From the NCBI RefSeq assembly GCF_009914755.1, contig NC_060929.1: 64,000 bases of DNA. One strand, 5' to 3'. Position numbers and translations under genes: made by a program. The DNA is from the human T2T-CHM13v2.0 reference genome, Homo sapiens. Below, piece by piece: positions 1 through 16,310 of the stretch. How positions within the stretch are numbered: the first letter of the stretch is position 1; every line of letters starts with the position of its first letter. The notes under the pieces were generated by a model. It did no database searches and had not been told where the DNA came from. It worked only from the letters and a program-made list of their open reading frames with translations.

Positions 1-1288
1 TTTACTTTCCTTCTTGTGCTGCAAGACTTCTAGAAGTTAGCTCTTGATCCTCCCTACCTCAGACATATCACTTACACTAAACTTGACTGTACTTTAAAGG
101 ATTTTTAATTGTCTGGGTTATTGATATATGTTAAACCAATTATAGTGCTCTTTTTGGCCTCATTAACATATCAGGTTTATTGTATTCTTAATCCTGCAGG
201 GTCAGAAAGAACCATCAAACCATGAATTTTATAAATAAATCAATCAGTATATCTATACATGTTTATATCTATTCCTACATATATAGTTTTCCTGTGTAAC
301 TGCATGAATTAGATCCTGTAATACAGGTCATTCACTTGTCATATCATGTGCTGTAAAAAAGCATTGCTAAATGTATTATAAACTGTTGTTTCAAGTAGAT
401 AATTTTATTCTAGAAAACTGTTACAAAACTGTGCTAGTTATTTTGGGCCGTCACTGGGATTCCTGATTCTGTTAAAGTTTAGCTAGTAGCTCAGTTTTTC
501 TGATAAATTTGTGACTAGAATGTCCTGTATTCTGATTTGTCTTTAAACATATCCATATTTTATGGATAATGTTTGAATCAGGACATTCTGTTTTTTCACC
601 TTTGTTTCCTACTTCCCTTTCCTCCGCATGTTTAACTTCAGTTTCATATTTAATCATTTTCAAAGGAAATAAATTGCTTTAAAAGGCTTTCCTGATTTCT
701 GCTATTATGCAGTTAGTCCTATTTTCATTTTACTATGGGCTCTTGCTTTGACAGAAAATGCTGTTAAATATACAAAGTGGGTCATTTCCATCATATTTAT
801 TTTATTATAAAGACCATATGGTTTAAGATGAAAACTGCTTTACACACTAACTCCAGTAAATCCAAATAATTTAATAATTTATACATGAAACCAAAATACA
901 TTAAAATGTTACCTTATTAATAATCAAATTGTAAAATAGCTATTAACATGATCTGGAAACAGCAACATAGTATATGTTTATTTCTGTATAACTTGTTTAA
1001 TTCTGAGGAAGCAGAATAATAAAATTTAAAGGACAAGCTTTAAATGAAACTTTTGGGTAACAGTGTTATAACAATTTTTTTATTATTTTTTGTATATTCC
1101 GATTATTTAACATTAGTTTTTATACGTCAATTTTTAGAATAGGCAAGATTTTAGACTTTTTAAAACCACCCAGACTTCTTTGGCAATATTCCTGAAATAG
1201 CCATTAAATAGACCTTGAAACTCTAAAATACATTAAAAATATACAAGTAGTAGGAAAAGCATATGTGTTTAAAACTCTTGTATTCCTC

Positions 1289-2081
<793 letters not shown>

Positions 2082-2355
2082 TAAAGGAAATTTGCTTAAA
2101 GGATTTAAAGAAATAATTCCCTAGAAATAATGAAAGCATTTCTCCCTAGTTGTGGACATATGTTTTATAATCCAAATGTGGCTTTTTTGTGTGTGTTCAT
2201 ATGTGTTCTGCATCAGACTAAATCATTATTATTTCTAACAACAGCATATTCTTCATAGTTTTTATGTATTGCTGGTCCATATTGTTAATGGTTATTAACA
2301 TTCAAGAGCTACATTAATTAACCCATGTAAATGGTTTTAAAAAATTGTATGATTA

Positions 2356-2665
<310 letters not shown>

Positions 2666-3965
2666 TTAATACAGTAAAGGGTTCCTTATACAAGAAGCTT
2701 GATTTATTTACTGATGATAGTGTTTCGTGTATATGATTAATTTTTCATAAGAGACCAATCCCTATTATGTGCACTTAAAAATTTTATACTGACTAGACCA
2801 AATCCCTGTAACTTTTTTTAAAAAGCATTTATTTCATTGGAGAGCCTTATCTTTAAGGCACTTTCTTATGTTCTGTATCTGAGTTTTAGAGGGTTAAAAT
2901 ACATTGTACCTCTTTGCCCCTTTTGCAGCCAGTTGAGAAATGCAAAAATCAGATAAATTGAGGTTGAAATACCAGCTTTTTTATTGAGTAAACATTGTTT
3001 TGAAGGAGATGATGGTTTTTGTTTTGGTTTGTTTTTTCTGCATCCTTCTGCAAGAAGGAGATAGTTTTGATATGGAACCATAGTGTGCTTCTTAGTACAT
3101 AACCTCCGAATTGACTTACCCACACAGGCAGTGCAGGACTACTACTGGCAGCTCCTTAGGATGTGTCAGAAAGCATTGATATGGACCTTCTTTGCAAATA
3201 TGCAGATACACTGAGCAAAGCACATCCATTTAGTTGTCTCAAGGAGCTTCTCCAACGAAATGGGGAGTGATGAAGGGTAGAGAAAAACCAAGAGTGCAGT
3301 TACCCTAGCTGAACTTCTCCTCTTCAAAACTATAAGCAAGGAAATAAAAGTTCACTTCTGAGTAATGCTTTAGATTATATTGAGACTTTCTTTCAATTTT
3401 TACTCTTAAATGAATCTCAACCTTTAAATAAATGTATATATATTACATTTACATGTCTTTAAAAATAGACTCTCTGTGAAGAACATTTCTCACTTCACCA
3501 GTTGCGTGCTATTAGTCCTGGGCTCAAATCGTCACAGTTTTTAAAGTTTACTTGTAATTGTATTGAAAGAAGTCATTGTTTCTTTAATTATTGAAAACAG
3601 CTACTGTTGTTATTCTAGCTATGACATTAGTTAAATATTAATAACCCACAGTTATGGTGACAAAATTGTTAGAAAAATGAAAAATTGCCCTAATTTCTCT
3701 AGTCCCTGCTTTGCTTGTCTGTGGAAAGATTGAGATTTTTCTCTAATACGCTGTCTAGTTCTCCAGTTCAACTTCATGTAAACAAACAGAATTGTATTCT
3801 GATGAGAAATTCTGTGAGTTATGTACTCCCTAAACACAAAGTACTTTTTGTGAACTACATTAAAATATGGATTAAGGTCCCTATGAAAATAAACTTAGAT
3901 TTTTTTTAAAAAGTGATTTTTTCCAAAAAGTGATTTTTTCAGTCTACCTTGTAAATGATGAAATT

Positions 3966-3968
<3 letters not shown>

Positions 3969-4003
<35 letters not shown>
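3969..4003. repeat. (AT)n microsatellite
   Basis: About 17 perfect AT units. Confidence 0.95.
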
Positions 4004-4004
<1 letters not shown>

Positions 4005-4203
4005 CAAAGTTAAGAAATATGGATTGCAAATAGGATCTAGGATTATTATGTGTACCCACTTTACTAAATGCTGTGAGACCATGAGTTCTATTAACTTCTC
4101 CAGTAACGTATACATATTTAATATGTGTCCACAGAGACTTTAAAGTCTCTGTGGAGTATAAAATCTGATTGTATCATTGTCTGTAGGTTTCAAAAGCTCT
4201 TAG

Positions 4204-4819
<616 letters not shown>

Positions 4820-5193
4820 CAACAATACTTTTTAAATGAAGCTTGTATAACATTATTATGCCAGTATTTGTATAACATTCTATCATTTTCTGAAGAAGTA
4901 TATTTATTCATCAATGTGTTTTAGTGTCAAGTAATGTATTAATCCAGACTTTCAATGTTCAAATCAGAAAGAAAACCCTCACTTAAGGCCACATTTTGAG
5001 AAGATAACTTTTAAAACTAGTTTCTATCGTATATAAGTAATTTTAATATTGTTTTAACAGCTGTGCCTAACATCTTTAATTCATTGTATGTTTAATAGTT
5101 TATTTTTAGTACTCATAGTTAAGAAAAAATAATGTCAACCCTGTGAATAATATCTTTAACACACATTATCTTCTGTATGTTTGTATTTGTTAG

Positions 5194-5307
5194 ATGGAAG
5201 ATGGTACCCCAAAGCATATCATCCAGATGACAGGATTTAAGATGGAAGAAAAAGAAGCGCTAGTCAAATTACTTTTAAAACTAGATTGCACTTTTATTAA
5301 GAGTGAG
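5194..5307 (+). CDS. SLF1: SLF1 coding exon 1 (start codon; MEDGTPKHIIQMTGFKMEEKEALVKLLLKLDCTFIKSE), BRCT1 start
   Basis: ttgttag|ATG acceptor and GAG|gtaaga donor; 114 nt; translation recognised as the SLF1/ANKRD32 N-terminus. Confidence 0.96.
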
Positions 5308-5474
5308 GTAAGAAACTTATCAAAATGTTCAAGATATATTTGAAAAATAACTACAATTCAAATACTGGCCTAAGAATGATAAAATGCCTTCTTGATATTG
5401 TAGCAATAAAAAGGATGTGTCATAAAGGGAGTCTTACTTTAGTAACATTTCTTGATGTGGATTTTTCCCTCCAG

Positions 5475-5550
5475 AAATACAAAAATTGTACACATCTTAT
5501 AGCTGAACGCCTATGTAAGAGTGAAAAATTTTTAGCAGCTTGTGCGGCAG
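5475..5550 (+). CDS. SLF1: SLF1 coding exon 2 (KYKNCTHLIAERLCKSEKFLAACAAG), BRCT1
   Basis: ccctccag|AAA and CAG|gtaagt; 76 nt, phase 0->1; BRCT-type THLI and SEKFL.A motifs. Confidence 0.96.
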
Positions 5551-6245
5551 GTAAGTTAACTGTCTTCCCCCAACTTTTAAAAACAATCTTCGTGTTAAAG
5601 CAAAAGTATTTTAGTCTCTGGAGAGATAGCATATTTACATATCAAACCTAAATGTGTTTTTCTGATATTTTTTGAAAATATTTAATATATTTTTTGGCTT
5701 ATTACTCTTCTAAGTAAAATTTTGTAACACATGAAAAATGTATTAAATAGGCAGAAATATTTACCTCAACAAGGATTTAGTGTGTTTTGTTTAAGACAAA
5801 AAAAAAATACATTAATGAAAAGACTGGCACAAAATGTCAAAATCTTAAGCTTTTGTTAAAGTCTCAGCTGTTTTCAGTCAAGTTTTCTTTGATCTGTCAT
5901 TTGATACAGGCAGTGCTTTTGTTCTCTCTGCTGCTTCTATCCATATTATGAAGCAATGGTCATACTATTTTATTTTTCTAAGATATTAAATACTATAGAC
6001 CCAAATTAAGACTTAGTCTTCTCCTCTATCGTTTTGTATTTTATAGCTTTCTCTGCTGTGATTGATCTGACATATCATTAGTCTACTGATTGCAAAAAAA
6101 GAAGCATATGTAACTTGGGTGAATTTATCCTTTTTGGATTAACTTACAAGGAAAACACTTGCATTCGTTTTTAACTTTACAAATGAAAACATACATTGTC
6201 CATAATGTTCAAAAAGATCATTGATGCCCAGATAAAGAAACTGTT

Positions 6246-6376
6246 GGTCGGGTGTGGAGGCTCATGCCTGTAATCCTAGCACTTTGGGAGGCCAAGGCAA
6301 AAGGATCACTTGTGCCAAGGAGTTTAAGACCAGCCTGGGCAACGTAGCGAGATCTCATCTCTTAAGAAAAAAAAAA
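6246..6376 (+). mobile_element. Alu left monomer (FLAM-like)
   Basis: Single monomer with A-tail. Confidence 0.85.
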
Positions 6377-6885
6377 GAGTTGTTATAAAATGACCTGAAA
6401 AATTCTTTAACTCAGTAAATTTGTTTTACAGAGTAATAATGCCGTGAACAATATTGGAAAAGCTGTTAGCATAGGAGGAAGAATATAAATCTAACCCAAA
6501 ATAGTGAATAATGATAGTAATAATAATTCCAGTAATACCACATTTTATTTTGGATTTTAAAGCTTTAGATTTATGTTTAGAATTATAAAATTGTAATTTA
6601 GAATTATATTTAAATGAAACTGTAATTATAACTAAGTTATAGCTATGGAATTATATTTAGAATTATAATTATTTGTCATGGAAAAGATTACATACAATGT
6701 TCAGTGATATTGTAAGCCTCTTACTATCAGAAAATTTCCCCAAAATGCATAGTTCAAAGATAATGTTAGCAGCATAGCTTAAGAGTCTTATCTTGAAAAA
6801 GGTTGACTTTTATATTTGATCTTTATTGTTTATCATTTATCAGAACCAAAATTCCTTTGTGACTGACAGCTCATTTGCTTTCTAG

Positions 6886-7126
6886 GAAAGTGGATACTAA
6901 CCAAGGACTATATAATTCATAGTGCCAAAAGTGGCAGATGGCTTGATGAAACAACTTATGAATGGGGATATAAAATTGAAAAAGATTCCCGTTATTCACC
7001 TCAAATGCAATCTGCACCTAAAAGATGGCGTGAAGAACTGAAACGCACTGGTGCTCCAGGAGCCTTCCACAGATGGAAAGTTGTCCTCCTTGTTAGAACT
7101 GATAAGCGAAGTGATTCTCTTATAAG
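6886..7126 (+). CDS. SLF1: SLF1 coding exon 3 (GKWILTKDYIIHSAKSGRWLDETTYEWG...GAFHRWKVVLLVRTDKRSDSLIR)
   Basis: ttttctag|GA and AAG|gtagga; 241 nt, phase 1->2; end of BRCT1 and start of BRCT2. Confidence 0.96.
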
Positions 7127-9392
7127 GTAGGATGTGATTACATAAAAGCTAAAGCAATTAATGAGAAAATAATTTTGATTTGCATGAGTACTTTCTGTAT
7201 TTTTTTGCAATTATTAGCCCAAATGAGCCATGGTGATTTACTCCAATCTCCTAGGTAAGCCATTATGCTCGTTTAGACTTATGTGTCTTTAATAGAACAA
7301 AATCTACTTTACAATATTGTTTTAGATTATTCTGGATATCTCTATTTTACTTTCCATGTTATTCCTTTTGGCCAACTCAAGCAAAACAAAAAAGGAAAAC
7401 TAATTGGGAGTTTTTTGTTTCTAGTTATGAAGCACTTTTAGACTTTTGGTATTATCACAAAAGCATCATTCTGGGTTTATGTAGTGCTGTCTTCATTATT
7501 CATACTGTTTTCATCATAATTTTATTTCATTTTGTCCTTGGTATATTTTTAAAAGCTTTTTTATTGGGTAAACTGTATTCTAAGACTGCTGTTACTTTTT
7601 TTTTTATGGCAAGAGGGTGGGGAGTGTTTTTGTCTCTTAGTTAAATGTAATTTATAATCAATAACATGCACACAAATTAAGGGTATATTTTGATGAGTTT
7701 GGACAAATTGATGCACCCATGTTACCCTCACTATAATCAAGATCTGTTACATGTACATTATCCTATAATGTTCTCTTGTGTCCTTGAACATTTAGTTCTG
7801 TACCACCAACACCAGGCAACCACTAATTTCCTTTTTATCACTATAGACTAGATGTATACTTTTTAAGAGGTCCTTATGAATGGGATCATACTTAAATACT
7901 GCTTTGATATAGCTTCATTTCTCTAGTACAGTATTATTAAGATTCATCCATTTTGTGTATACCAGCAGTTCATTCCTTTTTGTTGCTGAGTAGTAGTCTA
8001 CTCCATGGATATGTTACAGTCTGTTTATTCACATATTGGTAGATATTTGGGATTTTTTTGTCTTTGCTAATATAAATTGAGCTGCTATGAACATTTGGTT
8101 ACAAGTATTCATGTAGACATGTTTTCAGTTCTCTTGGGAAATATCTCGGAATGAATGAATTTATACTGTTTGAGATGGCAATTGTGTGTGTAACATTATA
8201 AGAAAATGCCAAACTGGCCAGGCATAGTGGCTCAGGTCTGTAATCCTAGCACTTTGAGAGGCCAAGGCAGGAGGTGATTACTTGACCCCAGAGTCTTAGA
8301 TCAGCCTGGGCAACATGGCGAGATGCTGTCTCTACAAAATTTTTTTTTCTTTCTTTTTTTTTTTTTTTTTTCCAAATTAAATTAGCCAGGCTTGGTGATG
8401 CATGTCCTAGTCCTAGCCACTTGGGAGGCTGAGGTGGGAAGATAGCCTAGAGCCCAGGAGTTGGAGGCTGCAGAGAGCTATGAACTGTTTTTCAAAGTAG
8501 TACCATTTTATATTCCCAGTAGTAGTGTATGAGAGTTCCTGTTGCTCTGAAGTTATTTTGGCACTGTTAACGAAAATCAATTGACCATGTATGTGTGGTC
8601 TATTTCTGGACTTCCTGTTTGGTTCCAGTGATCTCTATATCTACCTTATACCAACACTACACTGTTTTGGTTACTGTGTCTTTAAGTGAGTCTTGAAATT
8701 AGGTACTATGGGTTTCTTAACTTAGTCTTTTTAAAAGTTGTTTTAGTGAATCTGGATTCTTTGTATTTCCGTACACATTTTAGAATCACTGTCAATTTCT
8801 GTGAAAATGCAAACTGGTATTTTGATTGGGATTGTATTTTATAGGTCAAATCTTAACAATATTGAGTCTTCCTATTAGTGAACTATGTATTCTCCGCTTG
8901 TTCTTTAATGTCTTATAGTTCTCATTATATAAATCTTGCACATATTTTATTAAATTTATTCCTAGGTATTTTGTGTTTTGGGGTGCTATTATAGATTGCT
9001 CTTAAACTTTTTATCTGCATCTTTTGAGATAATTTGCTTTTCTCCTTTATTTTCTTAATATGTTGAATTATACTTGTTTGTTTCTTTTATTTATTTATTT
9101 TGAGACAGAGTCTCGGTCTGTCGCCCAGGCTGGAGTGCAGTGGTGCAATCTCGGCTCACTGGAAGCTCCGCCTCCCGGGTTCACGCCATTCTTCTGCCTC
9201 AGCCTCCTGAGTAGCTGGGACTACAGGTGCCCGGCTAATTTTCTGTATTTTTTAGTACAGGTGGGGTTTCACTGTGTTAGTCAGGATGGTCTTGATCTCC
9301 TGACCTCGTGATCTGCCCGCCTCGGCCTCCTAGAGTGGTGGAATTACAGGCTTGAGCCACCGCGCCCGACCTTTATTTTTTTAATTTTTTGA

Positions 9393-9577
<185 letters not shown>

Positions 9578-12500
9578 TAGGCTGGTCTCAAACTCCCGAC
9601 CTCAGGTGATCCGCCCACCTCGGCCTCCCAAAGTGCTGGGATTACAGGCGTGAACCACTGCGACCGGCCACTTGATTCATTCTTAAATGTTAAACCAAAC
9701 TTGTATTCTTGAGATAAACTGTACTTCATCATGGTGTATTTTTTCTGGTTCATTTTTAATATTTTGCTGATTCTATTTGCAATTTTTAAAAATGATTTTT
9801 GTATCCTAAACCTGATAAATGACATCTATGTAAATATCTAAACCTAATGTGATATTTAATGGTGAAAGATTTTTTCCCCCATGATTGGTAACAAGGCAAG
9901 GATGCTGACTCTTAAAATTTCTGTTTAGCATTTACTGGATGTACTAGCCATTGCAATAAGCCAGAAAAGAAATGAAGCATAAAATTGCAAAGAAAGAAAA
10001 ATAATTGTCTTTATTTCCAAAGACATGGTTGTGTACTAAAAAATTTAACGAAGATACTAGAAGATCTCGCTAGTGAATTTAGCGAGATCAAAAGACAACA
10101 GATCACTGTATAAAACTTAATTGCATTCTCATATACTAGCAAAGAACAATTGGAAATTGAAATTTAAATTCTCATTTTGGTTTTATTAATTTTCTCTATT
10201 GTTTGTCATTTCATTGATTTCTGTCCTTGGTTTTATTATTTCCATACTTCTTGCTTTAGGCTTAATTTGCTTTCGTTATTTTTCTGTTTGTTTTTGAGGT
10301 AAAAACTTGGATCATTGATTTTAGACCTTTCTGTTTTTCTATTAGTTGCCCCCAAGCATTGCTTTATCCACATCCCACAAATTTGTATTAATCGTGTTTG
10401 CTTTTTTATTAAGTTCAGAGTATTTTTAAATTTTCGTTTCTTCTTTGACCCATTGATTATTTACAAGTTTATTATTTAATTCCCAATTACTGATAGAATA
10501 ATTTAATTTTCTAACTGTAATTCAGATTAGTCATTACTTCTGTTAGTCCTATCAGCTTTTGCTTTATTTATACTGAATTCCTGTTATCAGTTGCATACGT
10601 ATTTTCTCAATGGCCCTGATTTTGTAATTTTTATTTATTTTTTTCTATTACCTCAAACACTTGTCATTGTGTCCTTTGATCAACATTTCCTATTCCCCCA
10701 CCTCCATCCAGCCTTTGGTAACCACCATTCTGCTCTCTGCACCTATGCGTTCAACTTTTAGGTTCTATAAATCTAATTTTCTTTGGACTTTCACATATAA
10801 GTTAAAAATAGTATTTGTCTTTCTGTGCTGGGATTGTTCACTTAGCATAATGTCCTCCAGTTCATCCATGTTGTTGCAAATGACATAATTTCTCTCTTTC
10901 TAAAGTCTACATATTATTCTATTTGTGTATATGTATATACTATATTTTCTTTATTCATTGATGTACACTTTAGGTTGGTTTTATAACTTGACTGTCGTGA
11001 ATAATGCTGCAGTAAATATGGGAGTGCAGATAGCTCTTTAACATACTGGTTTATTAATTTCCATTCCCAACAACTAGGGAATACCAGGGCTCCCTTTTCT
11101 CGATACCTTCACTAATAATCATCTTTTTGATAATAAGCATTCTGACAGAACTGAGATGTAATTTTCATTTTCCTAATGATTAGTGATATTGAGCATTTAA
11201 AAATTTATCTGTTGGCCATTTGTTTATCTTGTTATGAGAAGTGTCTATTCAGATCCTTTGCCCATTTTTAATCAGGTTGTTTTCTTGCTATTGAGTTGAG
11301 TTCCTTGTATTTGGATATTAACCCTTTTTTACACATATGGCTTGAAAATATTATCTCCTATTCCACAGGTTGCCTCTTCATTCTCTTAAATGTTTCCTTT
11401 GCTGTGCAGAAGCTTTTTAGTTTTATGTAACCTCACTTTCCTGTTTTTGTTTTTGTTGGCTGAGCTTTGGAGTCAAATCCAAAAATTATTGCCCAGACTA
11501 ATGTCCTGTAGTTTATCCCGTGTTTTTTTCTAATAGTTTTGCAGTTTCAGGTATAATGTTTACAGTTTTTCAATGTAAATTCTATTTTGTCTCATAGGAG
11601 TGTAGCTAGTCCTGCTCTCTTGGTTTTCGTTTACATGGAGTATCCTTTTCCATCCCTTCATTTTCACTCTGTGTGTCCTCAGAGGTGAAGTTGGTCTCCC
11701 GTAGGCAGTACATACTCGGCTTTTTTTTTTTTTTTTTTTTTTTTGCTTTTTCAATCTTTTTGACCACTCTATGTCTTTTGTTTGGAGAAGTTAATCCATT
11801 TATGTTTAGGGTTATTATCGGTGGGTAAGGAACTTACTGCTGCCATTTTGTAGTTTGTTTTCCAGTTGATTTGTATATACTGTGTTTCTTTCTTCCTATG
11901 TTGCTGTCTTCCATTGTGGTTTGATGGTTTTCTGTAGTGGTTTGCATTGATTCCCTTCTACTTATGTTTTGTGTATCTAGTAGAGATTTTCCTTTGTGGT
12001 TACCATGTAGTTATATAAAACATTTTATTCTTAGACTATGTCAAACTGATAACTTTGGTCATATATAATAACTCTACACATTTACTCTCCCCCATTTTAT
12101 GTTTTGATGTCAAAATTTATATTATTTTCTAATTTGTATCCCCTGACAATTGTAGCTATGGTTCTTTTGATAGATTTGTCTATTAACCACTGCACTAGAG
12201 ATAAAATTGCTTCACACACCACCATTTTAGTCCAGAGTATTCTGAATATGATTCTACATTACTTAGATTGTTAAGTTTTATACTTTTGTATGTTTTATGT
12301 TATTAGTGGCCTTTTGATATAGCTTAAAGAACTTTCTTTCATAATTCCTATCAGGCAGCCCTTATCATGATAAACTACTTTAGTTTTTGTTTGGGAAATT
12401 TTTAATTTCTCCCTTATTTCCGAAGAACAGTTTAGCCAGGTAAGTAAGGTATTGGCAGTTTTTTTCCTTTATCACTTTGAGTATATCATAGCCCTCTTTC

Positions 12501-13061
12501 CTGACTTGAAGTGTTTCTGCTTTCAAAGCCACTGGTAATTACGTTCAGACTCTTGTAGGTGATATGTTTCTTATCTCCTGCTGCTTTCAGAATTTTTTAT
12601 TTGTCTTTGATTTTTGATAGTTTGATTATTATATACCTTGGTATACTCCTTTGGGTTAAATTTGATTAGAAACCACGATGCTTCTTGTCCCTGGATGTGG
12701 TCATCTTTTCCCAGATTTCAGAAGTTTTCAGCCATTATTTCCATAAATATGCTTTCTGGTCCCTTTCCTCTCTCTTCTGCTGATTTTATACAGTTATTAG
12801 GTCTCATAATTCCCATAGGCTTTCTTCATCCTTTGGGTTTTTTTGCTTCGCTGACTGGAAAATTTCAAACGTACTGTCTTTGAACTCACTGATTCTTTCC
12901 TCTGTTTGATTAAGCCTGCTGCTGTTGAAGTCTTCTGTTGCATTTTTCACTTTAGCAATTATATTCTTCATCTCCAAAATTTCCTATTTTGTTTTTGTTT
13001 ATTCTTTTTCTTTGTCAGACTTCTTGTTTTGTTCATGTATTGTTTTCCATATTTTATTTAA

Positions 13062-13412
<351 letters not shown>

Positions 13413-14394
13413 TAAAGGGATTATTCTTTGTCTATCATTCTGTAGATCTATAGCTCTCCATTCCTTTAGGGTCCATTGTTGGAGCTTTGTTAATTTCTTT
13501 GGAGGTGCCCTGATTCTTTGTAATCTTTGAGTTTTTGCATTGGTCTCCTCATTTGTGGAGACAGCCACGTCTTCCAGGTGTTCTTTGGCAGGGACAGAAT
13601 TTCACTGTTTAGTGATCACTGGGAGATCACTGCTTGTGATTCTGTATGGGCTGGTAATGACTCCAAGCAGGTAGAGCTTGCTTTCTGTTACTCTGTATGG
13701 CTGGGCTGCTACCTTTGCATTGATTTTGGAGAGGGGATTGTGCTGGCTGGGCTCTGCTGTTAGATAAAACCACTGGCTGAGCTCTGCAATCAGGCAGAGC
13801 TGCAGGCTAGGCACTGCAATTGTCTCCAGTTGGGCCAGGCTCAGGGTGTATTCCATGGCTAGGTACTACCAATATTTGAGATCTGCAGTTGGACAAAGTT
13901 GCAGGTTGTACCCCAAGATTAAGTAGAATTGCTGCTTAAGATGGATGGGCCTAACTGCTATGCTTAGTACAAATTACAACTGGGGTTTGCCTCACAGTCT
14001 TGGTGGGGCCTTGAGGTGGGCTTTGAAGCTAAGCTGAGCACTGTTTAAAGTTCTGAGTGTGGCAGAACTAGCCTCTGTACTTTAATGAAGTACACTGTGG
14101 TTAGCATCTCGTTCCCTAAATGGAGTCTTTGGATGTGTGTTAAGGCTGTACTGAATGCTGTTCTGCATATGGCAGAACTAGCCCCCACTCTGCCGAAATG
14201 CAGTGTGGCGGTCCTTTCCCATCCTAAGAAGAATCTTGGCATGAATGTTGAGGCTGCACAAAGTACTGTTGAAATTCCCAGTTGTGGCAGAACTAGCCCC
14301 TGGTTTTTTATATTGGTGATGTGGTGAGTCTCTCACTCCCTGGGTGAGGCCATGGGGTAGGATTTGAGGCTGGGCCTGGAGGCTGCCCATCTAG

Positions 14395-14789
<395 letters not shown>

Positions 14790-15376
14790 TGACCTCGTGA
14801 TCTGCCCGCCTCGGCCTCCCAAAGTGCTGGGATTACAGGCGTGAGCCACCACGCCTGGCCTCCTTGCTTTGTTTCTATCTGACCCCAGGTTGTCTAGCTG
14901 TGCCATTACCCCTTGTCCTCCCTTTGAGGTGACACATGAGTGGACTTCCTGAGATGTATCTCAGAATTCTATAAAAGCTCAATGCCTGCCTCCAGTTCTC
15001 TTTGCCCACAATAGTAACCGTGAGCCCTGGAGAATCCTTTCTGTGTGGCACTATGCCAACTTGGGTAAGGGAGAGGTGTGATGGGTCAAAGTGAGACCAT
15101 TTGTTTTTGCCCTCTCACAGTTTTTATGAAGTTCTGTGGTTTACGCCGGTATCCCAGGCTTGATATTAATTGGATTTGTCTGATACTAATATAGCCACTT
15201 TAGCACTCCTTTGAGAAACATCAGCATGTACATCATTTTGTATTCTTTTACTTAAAATGGGTTTCTTTTAGACATTCTACAGTTGAGTCTTAAAAATGTA
15301 ATTTGACAATTTCTGCCTTTAATTGCATTGTTGAGGACATTTACATTTAATTGTTGACAAATTGAATTAAATCTAG

Positions 15377-15559
<183 letters not shown>

Positions 15560-15929
15560 TAACAGGTGCACATCACCATGCTCGACTAATTTTTCTATTT
15601 TTATTAGAAACGGGGTTTCACCATGTTGGCCAGGCTGGTCTCGAACTTCTGACCTCAGGTGATTTGGCCACCTTGGCCTCCCAAAGTGCTGGGATTACAG
15701 GCGTGAGCCACTGCAGCCAGCCATCCCATCATTTCTTTATTCTGCTTTCCCTTTTTCCTTGACTTCTTTTCCACTAGTTCAGTGTTTTTAATGGTTTCCT
15801 TTAATCTCTGTATTAGATCTCTTTTTTTAATGGTTGCTGTAATATATACAGTGTCCATCTTTAACTGTTCATAGTCAAATGTCAAACAGTATCTTTTTGC
15901 AAGTAGTGCAGAAACCTTAAAACAATATA

Positions 15930-16310
15930 CAGTTGACAGTTGAACAATGTGGGATTGGAGTGCTGACCCCCTGTGCAGTTGAAAATTCATGTATAACTTG
16001 ACTCCCCAAAAACATAACTACTAGTAGCCTACTGTTGACTGGAAGCCTTACTGATAATGTAAACAGTTAACATAAATTTTGTTATAAGAAAATCATAAGA
16101 GAAAATATATTTACTATTCATTAAGTGAAAGTGGATCATCATAAACGTCTTCATCCTTGTTGCCTTCATATTGAGTAGGCTGAGTAGGAGGAAGGGTTGG
16201 TTTTGCTGTCTCAAGGGTAGCAGAGGCAAAAGAGGTGGAAGGGGAGGCAGGAGAGGCAGACACACTTGGTGTGTAACTTTTGTGGACCTGTGTTGTTCAC
16301 GGGTCAACTG
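15930..16310. mobile_element. Tigger2-derived DNA transposon (Tigger2a-like)
   Basis: TIRs cagttgac...gtcaactg flanked by TA. Confidence 0.85.

Noticed and set aside
3112-3125. Strong minus-strand donor (GG|gtaagt)
   Set aside because: Isolated motif with no supported acceptor or frame; expected by chance in 64 kb
5325-5651. 108-aa ORF spanning the short intron and coding exon 2
   Set aside because: It only shares exon 2's frame; retention of the intron from exon 1 hits TGA 12 codons into the intron
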